From NCBI RefSeq assembly GCF_009914755.1, contig NC_060945.1: a stretch of 64,000 nt of DNA, one strand, 5' to 3'. Source of the DNA: the human T2T-CHM13v2.0 reference genome, Homo sapiens. A model generated the notes under the pieces. That model made no database searches, was not told where the DNA came from, and was given only the letters and a program-made list of their open reading frames with translations. Of this stretch, positions 24,985-39,836 are shown piece by piece. Made by a program: the position numbers and the translations under genes. The first letter of the stretch is position 1; the number at the start of each line of letters is the position of its first letter.

Positions 24985-27000
24985 CATGGTATTCATTGAT
25001 ATGTAAATGGAACCAATAATCAACTAACAATGATAAGCCTTGTACTGAGAAAATGACAAAGAAGAAGTATATAGGGCCCCTGTTTTTAAGAAACTTACAA
25101 ACGATTGGTAGTGAAGACAACATAAATGCATATAGATTACAAAAGTGTCAGAAACAGGTATGTGCACATAACATAGGACAGTGGCAATAAAGTTCTAAAA
25201 ATTAAACAAAGTTTGGACAGAGATAAACGGCCTGGTTTCATGGAAAGGGGTGTGGGCGATGTTTTAAGTGAGGGCAGTGGCAAATCTTAAAGTAGGAAAA
25301 TAATAAGGCAAGCAGGATGGCATAGTTTATGCCTGGCTGCAGACGGGAGGTGAGAGTGATGTGCAACACAAAATAAGAACAGCAAGGTACGGGATGAACA
25401 AAGAAAGAGAGTCAGAACATTTTATTTTGATGCAAATTAAAACTAAGAATTCTTTTCAAGTTATTTAAAGACAGTGACATAATCAAAAGGATGATTGCAG
25501 AGGATCATTCCTTCTACTTATAATTGGAGGAGGAGAAGGAAAAAAAAGAGTTGAGTTCTGCTGACGTTTTTAATCCATTAATTTTAAGGCATCCACAAAG
25601 GACAAAGTTAGATCAAAAACGTGAAAGAAGTTCACAACATTTCATCAGATGCCCAGGAGGTCTTGGCAGTAAAAATGAGGACACCTCTGCACCAGACCAT
25701 GTCGCCTGATTGAAAAAACAAACAAACAAACAAAAAAAACCTCCAAAAAAACTCTTCTTCCATGGAAACAAATAATGTGTTCCACTTCTGCCAAGGTCAT
25801 TCTGCATATACAGATGGCTTAGGTGGCTCAGTGTAGTTAACTCCTCTCCTTTGGCAGGGGAACAGAGATTTCCATCATATCCTTCTCTGCTCACTGATAT
25901 CTGGCCCCCAGCCTTGCTTGATCTTGATACTTTGGAAAAACTGTGTTGTCTGTTGTGGTGGTTATTTTGGTTTCTCTAATCTTAATGTCTTCTATAACAA
26001 TTATTAGTGGCAACATATAGATGAAGCCAATTCAACATTACCTCGAAGAGACGAAATGCTTCATCTTTGCCAAAGATCTCAATTGCCAAAGTTAGGTGGC
26101 TGGGAGAAGTCTGTTAACACAGCTCCCCTTGGCTGGGATTCACTCCAGTGTTTGTAATTTCTCTGAAGACCCATTGAGCAACCTGGCCTGAGTTTGAATT
26201 TGTGCAAAAAAGCCTCTAACCAGGTGAGTTGCACATTGTTTCCAGCTCATTAGAGATGTTTTGGACAACTTTTCTAATGAGGTTTGACATTTGACTACCA
26301 TGGCATATGTGTCTTTCTCCACCATGTCACCCTCCCCCTACTCTGTGCTTCCTTTGCTCTTGCTCAATTTTGTGAGTGAATCATCTGATCTGTGCCTTAT
26401 ATGACCATGCTCTAGTTTGATTAATCTCTCTCATCAACGCTCCTTCCTGAATCCTCTGATTAAATCTGGTCTTCTCTCTCCCCACTCCATAATACATGGG
26501 ACCTTTTAGCAGCTATTAATTATTTAAAAGAACGTTACTTTCTATCATGCTCAAGTTGGTTGCTGCAGTTTTCTGTCCACCACGAGGCTTCTGTTAAAAA
26601 TTATTGAACCCAATTAAGAAAGACTTTCAAACACCAAGTTCTAAAAATCTATAGAAGATATTCTTTTCCTGTTACATCGACAAACTTGATAGGTTGGGGG
26701 AGGAAATAGATACAATATGTCTCACCAAAATATACCTCTTTATTTTATCCTAAATGGCATATGGTACTCACCAACAGATTGAGAAAGTGTTATTTACATC
26801 AAATTATCAGCAGGTGACTGTAAAACTTCTAGGGGTCATTCCCAAGGAGGATTTACTAATGGGTATTTCTGATCCAAGCAGTCAAAATTCTGGCAAAATT
26901 CTACATATGTAAGTCCTTTATATAATGTTATTTTTTAATTAGCCCAGTTCATGAATTACTGAAAAGTGACACAATAAATTAACTAGTTGTTTGGCTCAAA

Positions 27001-27021
27001 ACACACACACACACACACACA
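27001..27021. repeat. (AC)10 microsatellite
   Basis: Directly visible. Confidence 0.9.
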
Positions 27022-27329
27022 AAACAAAATGGCTGGACTGATTTTTCACCAATTTGACTGAATTAACTGAAAGTTTGGTCGTGGTATAGAGTCTTTAGTA
27101 AATCTGCTCACTAATTAATTTTCTGATGGTGATGAATTAGCTGATAACAGCTAAAATAAGACATGACCTTTATAAGCTGAAATCGCCTGTGGGTCTAAAG
27201 AGGATGAAGTAATAATATAGTGCCAGGTGCAGCTCGCATCAATTAGGTAGAAAAAAATAAACGATCCAGAGAGAGTTAGACTGACTTGTCTAAGCCAGGT
27301 AGGCTTCTGAAGTCAGAGCTGACCCCACT

Positions 27330-27755
27330 TCAAACGTGGCATAATAATATGGCAGTGTAACTAAGAGAAGCACGGTGCTTAGCTGTATTAATAGAAAAAC
27401 AGCATGTCAGGAAATGATGAAATTCTCATTAACAGTTTCCAAGCAGGGCTGATATTCAGCTAGTAAGTACCAGGGTGGCATTCAGGTAAGAGTGTTTATG
27501 CTGATCGGTCAATGTCCATCAGTGTTAAATATTTAAGATTCTGTGTATGTGAGGAAAGTTAGTGTTATAGGATATATTTTGATACCAATTAAAGGGAAAG
27601 TATGATCACTGTAAAATTTACTGAAGATATGGACTCTACTCTTGCCTTTTCCCTTAATAAGAGCCCAATGCAAGTTATCTCTGTAACCCTTTGTTTCAGT
27701 ACAGAAAGTTGGACGAAATAATATTGATTACCACTTCTAGCTCTAAAATTATGAC
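27330..27755 (+). mobile_element. L3/CR1 relic
   Basis: CTTAGCTGTATTAATAGAAAAACAGCATGTCAG and 3'-end-like CTTCTAGCTCTAAAATTATGA. Confidence 0.4.
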
Positions 27756-28054
27756 TCAAGGAAACCTTGTCTCTGAATTTTTCAAACTGAATAGTTTCAT
27801 ATTTAATTTAAAATACAAAATAAGGTCTACGCCATTTATACAAGAATTGTGTCTTTAAAAAACCCCGAATCTTAGACATTTAGTAATATTTAAAATTTTG
27901 CATTACTGCTATGTGAATGTGAATTGTATGCCTCTCCATAATAGTAAAAATATAAATGAATAACATAAAAATAAAACTTTATCATCACTCAAAAAACCAA
28001 GACATCGGTTGGGGACACTAATGTGAATGTGTAATTTTACTTTTCTTCCTTCTC

Positions 28055-28623
<569 letters not shown>

Positions 28624-29225
28624 TGATCCATTCAAGAGGTTGTATATTTGGCAGGGGGTGAGGAGAAGTGACTACATTAGTTTGAATGAAGAGAGAAAGA
28701 GAAGCCACCCAAAGTCAAATTCACAGAAAAAAAATTTTTATTTGCTTTTGATTGTTCAAATGATCATTCTATATAATTCATTAACCACATCTCATGCCAT
28801 TAGAAAGGAGAACATGCAGTATTGATGCCAAATTAGAACAGACATGGCCCATGATTTTCCTGAAAACACCAAGGTACACATTATTATTAGTGTGGATCTC
28901 ACTGAATGTACGTAGAGCTGAAATTTTTATTAGAAAAAAAAGGAAAGTCTCCACACGCTGCTCCTCTCTGGTGCAGCTCATCTGCAAAGCAGAAGCGAAA
29001 AGTCTCCTGAGCCTTTCATAATCCCAGCTAAATGCTTTCTCAGGCATTTTCCACATATTGCTCAGAGGTGTGTTGATTAAACTAGGCTTATTAGACTAAT
29101 TGCTTTGTTTATAAGCACATGTGTTAGTACACGAAATGGAGAGTGAAGTCAATATGAAGAAAAATACTTTATATAGTAAACATTTGGCCAGCAAACTGAT
29201 TCTCCTGACTTTCTTCATCCATTAT

Positions 29226-29228
<3 letters not shown>

Positions 29229-29259
<31 letters not shown>
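29229..29259. repeat. (AC)15 microsatellite
   Basis: Directly visible. Confidence 0.95.
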
Positions 29260-29261
<2 letters not shown>

Positions 29262-29781
29262 CCATGTGATGAAGAATACCAAATAGAAAGAAACAAAATC
29301 AATTCTGGTAAGTAAAAGTGCACATTTCTTTTGAGATTCTTTTCTTTTTGAGATTAGAAGAGGTGAATGCGGGGAGGGATAAGACATTTTCTACTTAAGA
29401 ACGAAGAAGTACTAAACATGGGGGATTTATTTAACAAGAAAAGTCACATGATTGAGATTAGACATCTCTTTCTCAAGGTGCTCCTGGGAGATAATGGCTC
29501 TCATACCTATCATTCAGTGAAGGCATTGGTTTTGTCTGGTAACATAAAAATGAATCTGAGGACAGACGTTAACTCCTTCATCTCTATCTAGCCATGATGA
29601 TTTTAAGAATAACTCTAGAATATATTTGTTCTTTTACATTATTGTCATTTCTAAATTTTTTAAGTAGTAGAGTCTGTACGAGTCAATTTTCTTTAAAACA
29701 TGGTAAACTTAAGACAGTTAAAAAATAGAAACTATCAAATATATTCTGTATTCTGTAAATAAATAATTTAAAGTACCATTA

Positions 29782-30136
<355 letters not shown>

Positions 30137-30234
30137 TTAATATTCATTTTCACTGTCTATATTTGCTTATCTCAGAAAAAATGAATAGAAATAGATAAAT
30201 GTTGATTTTTAATAAATAGATATTGAGCATACTC

Positions 30235-30304
30235 TCAGCAGCATCTTTGAATAAACCATGACCTCATCAGCAGCATCTTTGAATAAACCATGACCTCATC
30301 AGCA
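30235..30304. repeat. Perfect 32-bp tandem duplication
   Basis: TCAGCAGCATCTTTGAATAAACCATGACCTCA twice, followed by TCAGCA. Confidence 0.95.
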
Positions 30305-30799
30305 AACATTCCCAGCCTCGGCCCCTATCCTGCATTTTCCTTTCAACATTTGGCCCACTACCATCTGTTTTTCACCTTCATTATATGATGATTATAACCA
30401 AATTTTAACCTGCTTAATCTGATCTGTTTATGGGCAGGGAGTGAAGTTGTAAGCCCTTCTTGTCCTTGACCCCACTCCTTGAGCCTGAGCTTCATACAGT
30501 ATGGCACCTGTTCCAAGTGCTGTAGCACACTTTACACTGTCTCATCTTGAGGCATTGAGCATGTTTGTTCAAAGTCTACCTCTTCTTCAGTGCTTCATTC
30601 TAATTCCACTTACTCCAAAAAGCTTTCCCAGGTTTCTCCAGCTCAGAATAGCTGCCTCTCTAGCTCAGAATGGCTGCTTCCCCAGGACTGTAAGTCCTTT
30701 GCATGTAATAATTTTACCTGGCCTTTTGATATCTATCAGGTGGTATTATATACTATTACAGGTGTCTTGCATCTCAACTTTGCAATTAGACTGAAAGTT

Positions 30800-30975
30800 T
30801 TCACAGATACCATTTCTGAACGCCTATTTATATGCTAAGGGATATTTTAAATTTTTACATGAAATTGGCACAGTTGTTATTATCCTCATTCTACAAATGA
30901 GTAAATGAGGCACAAAGGTTAAGTTACTTGCCTAGGACTATATAAATACTGTGTACTAGACCTGAATTGGAATTG
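30800..30975 (-). mobile_element. MIR SINE
   Basis: TTATTATCCTCATTCTACAAATGAGTAAATGAGGCACAAAGGTTAAGTTACTTGCC. Confidence 0.75.
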
Positions 30976-32111
30976 TATATATTTAGAAAGCAGGGATCGT
31001 TGTTGGAATTTGTGCCTATCCCCTTGGCCATTTTAATAGTGCTTTATGTACATTAGATACTGAAATACTATTTTCTGATTGATTGGTTTTAAGCACTGAC
31101 TTAAAACTGTCCAGGTTATTATAAGTAATGTTCTATGGTATCAACCAAAACTAATATTTAGTGCTGTCTAACTGGGCATGCAGTAGATTGGCACTAGGCC
31201 AATGCAATCAGTGATGGTAAGAAATATAATTCCTGAGGAGGAAAACAAATGCTTACATGGATGGCTGATCAGGTACATATGCTTCAGAAATAAACAACGT
31301 TTTTGACCAAGACTGTCTCTCCTTGAAATGCTACAAAACTGATGAGAAGAGACATTAAGATTAAGGATCATCCGAGAGGATGATAGCATTCTCTTCAGAT
31401 TTCAAGACCAAGGTTCAAGCACCCCTGGAAAAAAAAATAGTTAATTAAAATGGCTGTGAATGGAGGTAATAATGAAAATAAGTAACAACTAGAAAAGGAT
31501 GAGCATGCACCAACTGGGACAGACAAAACAAGCATTCAGAACTGACACCAACAATGAAGAACTAATCCAGCTGTCACAGTGTATGTTAGCTGGGCATCAG
31601 TTCTGGTTATAAAGTATGGGTTGGCTGAAATACTTATTGAACAAATGCTTCTTTAATCCCTCCACATGGATCAACTCTAGTCTGTTGTGACTGTCCTATC
31701 CCTGGAATTATCAGACCTTGCAACCATGTTATTTAGACCATCCTGATCTGTTCAGCTGTATTGATTACCTACTCTGAGATAGGCACTGTACTACTAACTC
31801 CATAGACAAGACAAATTAAACACCAGTCTTGGTATATATGTACAATTTTGCAGACTCTTCACCAAAACTTATACTTGGTGCAATTCTAGGAGCGGTTTTA
31901 CCACTAAAGGATGAAAACACACGCTTTCCTAACAAGTCTATATTTTAGTTGGCTTCTCTCCAGTTGCAGACCCTGAGGCAAGGATTATATGCACGCTTAG
32001 CTGTGCTTAATCAGTAGGTGTTATGGACTGAATGTTTGTGTGCCCCCTAAATTTCTATATTGAAATCTAATCCTGAATGTGATGAAATTTGGAGGTACAG
32101 CCTTTGGGAGG

Positions 32112-32839
32112 TGTATCATTCAGGGTTCTCTAGAGGGACAGAACTAATGGAATATATATAAATATATACTTATATATTTATATAGTTTATATATTTATAT
32201 ATAAAATATATAAACTTTTATATATATTATATATTATATATAATGCATATAATATACATTATCTATAAAATTATATATAATATATAATATATATAAAAGT
32301 TTATATGTAAAGTATATAATATATAAATACTTTATATAATATATAAATGTAATATATATACTTTACATATATAAAGTATATAATATATAAAGGAGTTTAT
32401 ATATTATATACATATAAACTCTTTTTCATATATATATATATATATATATAAAGGGGTGTTTGTTAAGTATTAACTCACACGATCACAAGGTCACACAATA
32501 GGCCATTTGCAGGCTAAGGAGCAAGGAGTGCCAGTCCGAGTTCCAAAACTGAAGAAGTTGGAGTCCGGTGTTTGAAGACAAGAAGCATCCAGCACAGGAG
32601 AAAGATGTAGGCTGGGAGGCTAGGCCAGTTTCTCTTTTCACATTTTTCTGCCTACTTATGTTGTAGCCCCTCTGGAGGCTCATTAGATTGTGCCCACCCA
32701 GATTAAGGGTGGGTCGGCCTTTCCAAGCCCATTGACTCAAATGTTAATCTCCTTTGGCAACACCCTCACAGACACATCCAGGACCAATATTTTGTATCCT
32801 TCAATCCAAGCAAGTTGACACTCAGTATTAACCATCACA
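32112..32839 (-). mobile_element. MLT2A1-like (HERV-L) solo LTR with expanded internal TA tract
   Basis: CAGGGTTCTCTAGAGGGACAGAACTAAT...CAAGTTGACACTCAGTATTAACCATCACA; perfect TSD GGAGG at 32107-32111 and 32840-32844. Confidence 0.93.
32150..32452. repeat. ~300-bp TA-rich tract with nested inverted repeats
   Basis: For example ATATAAACTTTTATATAT / ATATATAAAAGTTTATAT and TATGTAAAGTATATA / TATATACTTTACATA. Confidence 0.9.
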
Positions 32840-33687
32840 GGAGGTAATTAGGTCATGAGGATGGAGCCCCCATGATGGGATTAGTGCTCTTATTAAAAAG
32901 AGGCTGAGAACTCTTTGACCCTATTTCCTCCATGTCAGGATGCAAAGAAAAGACAATCATCTGCGACAAGGAAGAAGATCCTTAGGAAAACTCAACGAGG
33001 CGGCATCCTGATCTCAGACTTCCAGCCTCCAGAACTGTGAGAAATGCCTGTTTAAGCCATCTCATCTACGATAATTTGTTATAATTGCCTGAACTGACTA
33101 TACATTGTACTAGTAACTTGATAGATAAAAAAAAAATTAGACAAGTCTTTGGCAACCAGCCTGGAAGTCAACACCAGTAACCTACCAATATTACCAATAA
33201 ATTCCTCTTTTTTTATGCTTTAGGCCTCTACTTCAAATCCCCAAGGGTAGCTGTGTAACAAAAATGCTAGTGGTGTTATTTCTACTGAAATAAAAAGAGG
33301 ATCCAAGAGGAAGGGTGACATTCTGATGATGTCTACTGCAGTCTTTTATCTTTATGAAAATTAAGAACTATAAGTAATTAGCACAATAAATGTAGCTATT
33401 GTCAAACAACAAAGATTAATATGCTAGTAACCGAAAGAGAAGGGATAACTCAAAGTAAAAAGCTTCTTTATTTCTACATTATTTAACATTAGCCCCAATA
33501 TGACAAATTTTCTGCCTTTCAAAAATGTATAGGCTAATTTTATGGGACAAGTTACACACAAAATGAGCTTCCATAAGCACGCATGATAATTCATGATATA
33601 ATTAGCAATTTTTACTTGCAGGCTACAGAATTTAATTTCATCTAATTTATCCAGAAAATTAAAAAGGGTTTATTGGTTGTTTACTTG

Positions 33688-34105
33688 TGCTGACTTTTGG
33701 ATCCCCAAAAGACCACCAGAAAAACCCATAGATCAAGCAAATCTTAGTTTACCATATCTCCTGTACTAAATAAAGTCAACAACTTGACAGCATATTAGTA
33801 TTATCACTGAAGGGCTATCTTCAAGGGAGGATAAATATGAGATTTTAGGCCCTGGATATAGTCATTTTAAAGGAAGTCATCAAGGCAGGGAATTATTTGA
33901 TTAGAATTTATAATAGATTGGTGGGGACAGTGAGGCAAGGGCCTTAAAATGAGCTTTGATAAGCAAGCTGCTAGTCTTGGTTTTAATTGTCTCACGATCT
34001 TATTTTCTGGAGACAAATATACTGGAGCAAGCAGCTAAGCAATATTTGTTCCACATCAGTACTGCCTAATGCAGGCACAGGGAATTATGTTGGCTTTAGT
34101 TCTCA
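33688..34105 (-). mobile_element. Ancient LTR-like element (LTR78/79-like; family uncertain)
   Basis: Minus strand begins TGAGAACTAAAGCCA and ends ...CTGGTGGTCTTTTGGGGATCCAAAAGTCAGCA (TG...CA). Confidence 0.4.
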
Positions 34106-34419
34106 ATAAATAGCCTATAGACTCAAAGGAAGAAAGAAACAACTGATTTCCAGAAGGTTAGGAACTGGGGTATCTTAAGGAACAAAATGGCATTGATCCC
34201 CCAAAAATCTCTAGGGCTCCGCCATCTGGAGCCTTGATTCTTATCACATTTCATCCCTGAGTATCTTAGTTTAAGGATCAAATTCTCAGGAGGATGCCAG
34301 GCTATGTGGCCTGCTCTGTGGTCAAGAGGGACAGGGTCTCAAGTTTTATTCTCCAAAAAAGTCACATGGAGAGGTAATTTCCCAAAAGAAGAGAAATTAA
34401 GAAGACAGTAATAAAAGCT

Positions 34420-34900
34420 ATCCCTTATAATGGTCAAATCCCTCTCAAACATCTCTCTCCTCATAGGTGTTGAATTTTGGCTGAAATTGTTTCTTTTAGT
34501 TGTTGCTGAACAATTTAAATGTATTTTTTAAGTCATTTCTTCTTTCCTCTCCTCTGATTGCTTCCCTACAACTAACTCCCGGGGTCAAAACTTGTCAATT
34601 GTACATGTGTAATGAGTTTCTCTCACCCACCCTCTTCCTTTCTAGTCTATCGATATGTGCCCTAATCTGTTCCTACAGGATATTTTTTTCTAAATTCCTG
34701 CAATGGCCTCCTACATGTTCTCTACATTTATCGAATCTCTTATGTACTTCAAATTATTAATGTTCTTGAAGCACAGTTGCAATTCTTTTATTCTCAGTTT
34801 TTCATGAGTCAGTCATTCCCCATTCCCTATCACATAAGTGTCACATGCTTTGGTCTCACATCAAAGGCCAGTTACAACTGCCAGCAGCTCTCTATCTGGA
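34420..34900 (+). mobile_element. L2 relic
   Basis: L2-like CTGCAATGGCCTCCTACATG...TTCTTGAAGCACAG. Confidence 0.5.
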
Positions 34901-35372
34901 CTTACTTTCAGCTACTCACATTCATGTTAGCTTTGTTCTAATTAAACACATGGCAATGTTGCCAGGGTACTCCCTTTGATTTCTTAACTCCAAACTCTTT
35001 AAGAACAAAATGTGGGCCTGATTCACCTTTACAGTCCCCACTTCCTTCTATGGCCATTTGAGTAACTACTCTCATCCACTGAAACTGTTGCCTTCAATGC
35101 TACTGATCTGAAAAAGATCATGAGGCCAAGTTAGGGTCCAGTGGGCAGGAATGTTGTGATTGATTATTAATGTCTGTCATGGGCAGTGGGTAGAGGACAG
35201 TAGCAGTATCTGTGCCTGGAATTTTCCATCTTTCATTGTATATTTAACAAATATTTGTTGAGTGAAATTCAACAAGAATTTAGAATAAAGAGATCCTAGG
35301 AAAAGGCTCTTTGAGTCTCCTTTGGTTTGAGAAATGACACCACCTTTGTCCACAGAGCCCAGCAATTGTCAG

Positions 35373-35872
35373 TAAGAACTGAAGCCACCTGCATTAACAT
35401 GACAAATATTTGTTCCTGGAAATTCTTGCTCAAGAATATAAGGTTATAAATCAATAAATAACTTCACTATTTGCTTTAGGAAAATTCCTGCAAACCAACT
35501 TGTCTGGGCAAATATTTTGCTCTCCTATCAGGACAGTAGATTGCTCACCTGGGCAAACAAATCACTTATCCAACTTCAGTTTACTTATCAGGATTCACGT
35601 TAAGACTCTCCCGTCTTGAGTCCACCAACATGAAAATATTATGACACAAATATTTCCTAGGCATAATCAGTTCTCCATCTTAAACCACACACCCTAAGAC
35701 CCACTTAAGCCCAGATTCTATCCAAACTCTATATAAATATCCTCTCCTGACATTTGCCTTCTTGAAGCATACTAAGCCTCAATAAAGTAATGCTCTCTGT
35801 TACTCTAGTAAGTAAATCAACTTAGTTTTGTTTGCCAACATATTTTGTGGGTTTTTTTTTGATATTTTACAC
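35373..35872 (+). mobile_element. Ancient LTR-like element (LTR78/79-like; family uncertain)
   Basis: Starts TAAGAACTGAAGCCA (same as the 34105 end); TATATAAA at ~35730, AATAAA at 35781, ends TTTTACA. Confidence 0.4.
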
Positions 35873-36129
35873 TTGGTAGATTTAAGGAATGCCACAATGT
35901 GATCAAATTCATGAAACTGAGAAGCCTTCTGCAAACACTAAGTTGTGCCTTCCTAGCTCTTGAACAGTTTCAGTGACATTTTGAAAAAAGGTGAACTGTT
36001 GTCTGGTGCTTTGCAAAGCAACATGACATCTTTACACTTCTACAATGCAAGGAAAAGAAGATTAATTAGCCCTAGTTACTGTCTAGAGGTCAAACACACA
36101 AGACCCGTTGGTTCTAGAGTAGGAGCATG

Positions 36130-36300
36130 TAGAGGTTTCCAAACAATGATGTATATTAGAATTTCCAGGGGACTTGTTTAAAATGAGGATAAAGTCCCAT
36201 CTTCCAGAGACTCTGATTCAGAAGTCTATGGCAGGGCTCAGGCATCTGCATACCACATAATGTTGCAAGGGGATCATGGCCCACATTCTTTGAATCTACA
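36130..36300. mobile_element. MER5-type MITE
   Basis: TATTAGAATTTCCAGGGGACTTGTTTAAAATG...CAGAGACTCTGATTCAG. Confidence 0.6.
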
Positions 36301-37098
36301 CTGTATCTAAAGTCCAGTCACTTAAGACCATTTCTACTACTGGTCAGTTCCCTTAATGGCCATTTTATCTAATATTCAACTTGCTTTTGACTAGTTTTAT
36401 GTTTATTTGACTGTCTTCTTTTTCATCTTGTCCTTTTTTCAACTTTAAGAATTTCAAAAAGAATGGAGGAAGATGGGAAGAGAGAGAGAGAAAGAGAGTT
36501 TCATCTTGCCTAATTTTATTCATCTGATATGTTTTCTGTATTTTATGAATAATGATAATATATTTCTAATTTTTACATTATTTATGTGTTTGCATTGAAA
36601 ACTAGTTTTAACTAGGCTTTTGGGAGACACTTCCTTAAAAATAATATTTCCAGCAATATTAATTTATTGATAATACATAAAACATAAATTATAATCATTA
36701 TGCAATGAGCATAATGATCCCTAAAGAAAATGTAGTCAATTTGTCAAATATTAATTTGGTTTAGGAGATGCTTTCTGTTAATGAGCTTATTATATGGATG
36801 ATGTCAAAAATAGCTTCTTCTTTCCTGTAAAAAACCTTTGGATTTTCATAGTAAATGAAGACATACAGATCCCCCCACACATCTTCCTGACAAGATTTAC
36901 ACTGAGGGCTAGAAAGAGAGCACAAAGAGAGGATATGGTGAGAAGGAATTGTAGGTTATTGGAGAGCAAATTTTCCTTCTTGACAGCTTGCCTAGGACTT
37001 GCACTGTGACCCTGTTTGTACTAAGCTCTTAAGCAGTTCTTCTGAACAATTGATAATGAAGGGTGAAATAACTCCAGGAATATTGCAAGTAATGTCTT

Positions 37099-37114
37099 TT
37101 ATACATACGTATAC

Positions 37115-37146
<32 letters not shown>
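37099..37146. repeat. (TA)/(TG)n microsatellite
   Basis: Directly visible. Confidence 0.9.
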
Positions 37147-38639
37147 CTAAAGTAACTGTTAACAACTTTTTTCTAGCAAAAGCCAATGCCTTATGTTGTT
37201 CATCTTGACAAATTCAAAAAAAAGACAATATTTACATATCAAAGATAGTACCTTACTTGCAAAGAGGCCTGTTTCTCCAGATACCTTTTTTAACCCCTTT
37301 GGATGAGATTTTTATTGTCAAGTTTATTGGACACCAGCTTTTCTACAAGCACGTTGTATTTTATTCATTCAGCAGGAATTGTACCAATTAAACTTGCCTT
37401 ACAACTTTTTGCATTATGGTTGGACTTGGTGATTGGCATTAAAAATATATACTTTACAGCTTTTATTATACATAAGCTAGATAAATTGTTAATGCTTTAG
37501 AACTCTCTAGGCAATATGAATGATGGAGATTTCTGTGCTATCCTTGATAAAGTTGAGGATACAGAAAGCAGTTTTAATCCTCTTTTTATACTCTGCCTGT
37601 CTGCCTGTGGAACAAGTTCAGGGAGCTGCTGTTTAGCAGGAACGGAGCCACAGACTTAATTTTCAAAGCCAGATAAAAGTACATGGTCATATATTCTAAA
37701 TCTACTTAAAATATAAAATAACTAAATAAACTGACCTAACTAAAGTAATTGTTGTCCTTAAACAATGAATAAGAGTTTTTTTGTTTTTTGTTTTTTTTTT
37801 GTATTTTTTTTTAAGGCTGAATTCAGGCCAGGTAAAATTTCCATTTGTTTGCATTGTTGTTGTCCAAAGTGCCAATGTTTTGTAAAATTTTAGTCTTTCA
37901 TTAAAAATAAACCACTATTTTTTATGCAAGAAGGGACAATGATAAATATAGCCAGAGGCAATCTTTTAATTGTACCTTAAGTGTTCTGTCACCTATCCCT
38001 AATGTCTTCACTTCAGCTTTACACCTTGGATTCTATTCAACCAGATGCATTTTTTCTTCTAATTATAATCAAGATGTGTCTACATGAAGTGGAAAATGTG
38101 AACAATTATTTAGATTGTTCAAAAAAAAAATAAAAGCACATTTCAACTGAAAACATGCCAGTAATTGGAGTAGAATGAAGTATTTTTGAGATGAGAATTC
38201 TTTGAATCTTACATTTGTAAATAGTTTCTCTTCATTTTAAATTTCTTATAGTTTGTGGCTTTGTGGATCTGGCTACAGACCTTTTTAAAGTCATCGGGAG
38301 GGCATTTTTGCTTACAAACATAGCAAGTTATCTATGCCTTTAAACCTCTACTCTCAGAAAAGTGAAGGTTTCTGAGAATGCATGGCAAGTATGCTTTACA
38401 TACCTTGTTGGCAATGTTCACAGAAATAAAGCTTTGGTCAAAGGAACCAGTTTCTCTTTGGCATACAGATGAATGACATTCAGAGGCATCCTTTACATAA
38501 GAAGACATAAAATTTTCTGTACCTGACAATCCCCCAAATTACCACCCTTGTGTCTCATTCCTTCAGAACCCTGTGGGGGTGATCCATTTCTTAACTTCTG
38601 GTCCTCTTATTCCACACTTCCTGGTGTTCTGTTTTAGAC

Positions 38640-38778
38640 CAGTGTTTGCAGTGTAATATCCACCTAGTACTTGTTAGAAATATGGAGTGTTGGGTCCCAT
38701 CTCAAACCTACCAAATCAAAACCTGTATTTTAATAAGATCATCAGATATTTGTGAGGACATTAGCATTTGAGAATCTT
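38640..38778. mobile_element. MER5A-like MITE
   Basis: CACCTAGTACTTGTTAGAAATATGGA...CTGTATTTTAATAAGATC...TTTGAGAA. Confidence 0.6.
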
Positions 38779-38877
38779 GGGATTAGATCTCAGTAAGCCA
38801 TAATGTGACCGACTGTCTGCTAATTAAACCACACTCATACTGGATATTCAGCAAAGGGCCTCCTCATACTCATGTAG

Positions 38878-39366
<489 letters not shown>

Positions 39367-39836
39367 AGGAAAGGGTTTTTAATTTGCTCTCTAAACCATG
39401 TGATGTAGGCAGCAATTCACCCTATCCACATGCGAGGAATGTGTTGTTTATATCCACTTTCCTTATAGAGGAAATAAACTGGTCATAACTCATGGGCAAT
39501 TCTCTTATATTGTAGACCAGTCTTAACAGTACTTTTCAGAATCATTTCTCTGCACAGACTTTAATGAAGACTAGCCTGCGTTTCTCCATGTTGATTCTGA
39601 AATGCTCAATAGAATTCTTCTCTAGGTTCTTAGACCAAACATACTTTTGATGTACAGAAGACTACTATTTCTACTTTAGGAACATGACAAGTAATTATTT
39701 ATTAAAGTAGTGAAAATAATTCTGTCAAGAACAATTCATTCTCACTTTGCCCAAGCTGAATGAATATAGATAAGTCTATGGCGGTCCCCTTCATCCTTAC
39801 ACCTGAATACTTCCTGAAAATATTTTCTCTCATCTT

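Larger units (their letters stand above)
32019..33104 (+). mobile_element. MLT1A0-like LTR, split by MLT2A1
   Basis: TGTTATGGACTGAATGTTTGTG start; resumes TAATTAGGTCATGAGG after the insert; ends GAACTGACTATACA. Confidence 0.88.

Noticed and set aside
29261-29307. Possible 47-nt exon (CAG after the CA repeat; CTG|GTAAGT donor)
   Set aside because: There is no polypyrimidine tract next to the acceptor and no transcript evidence; such sites occur by chance.
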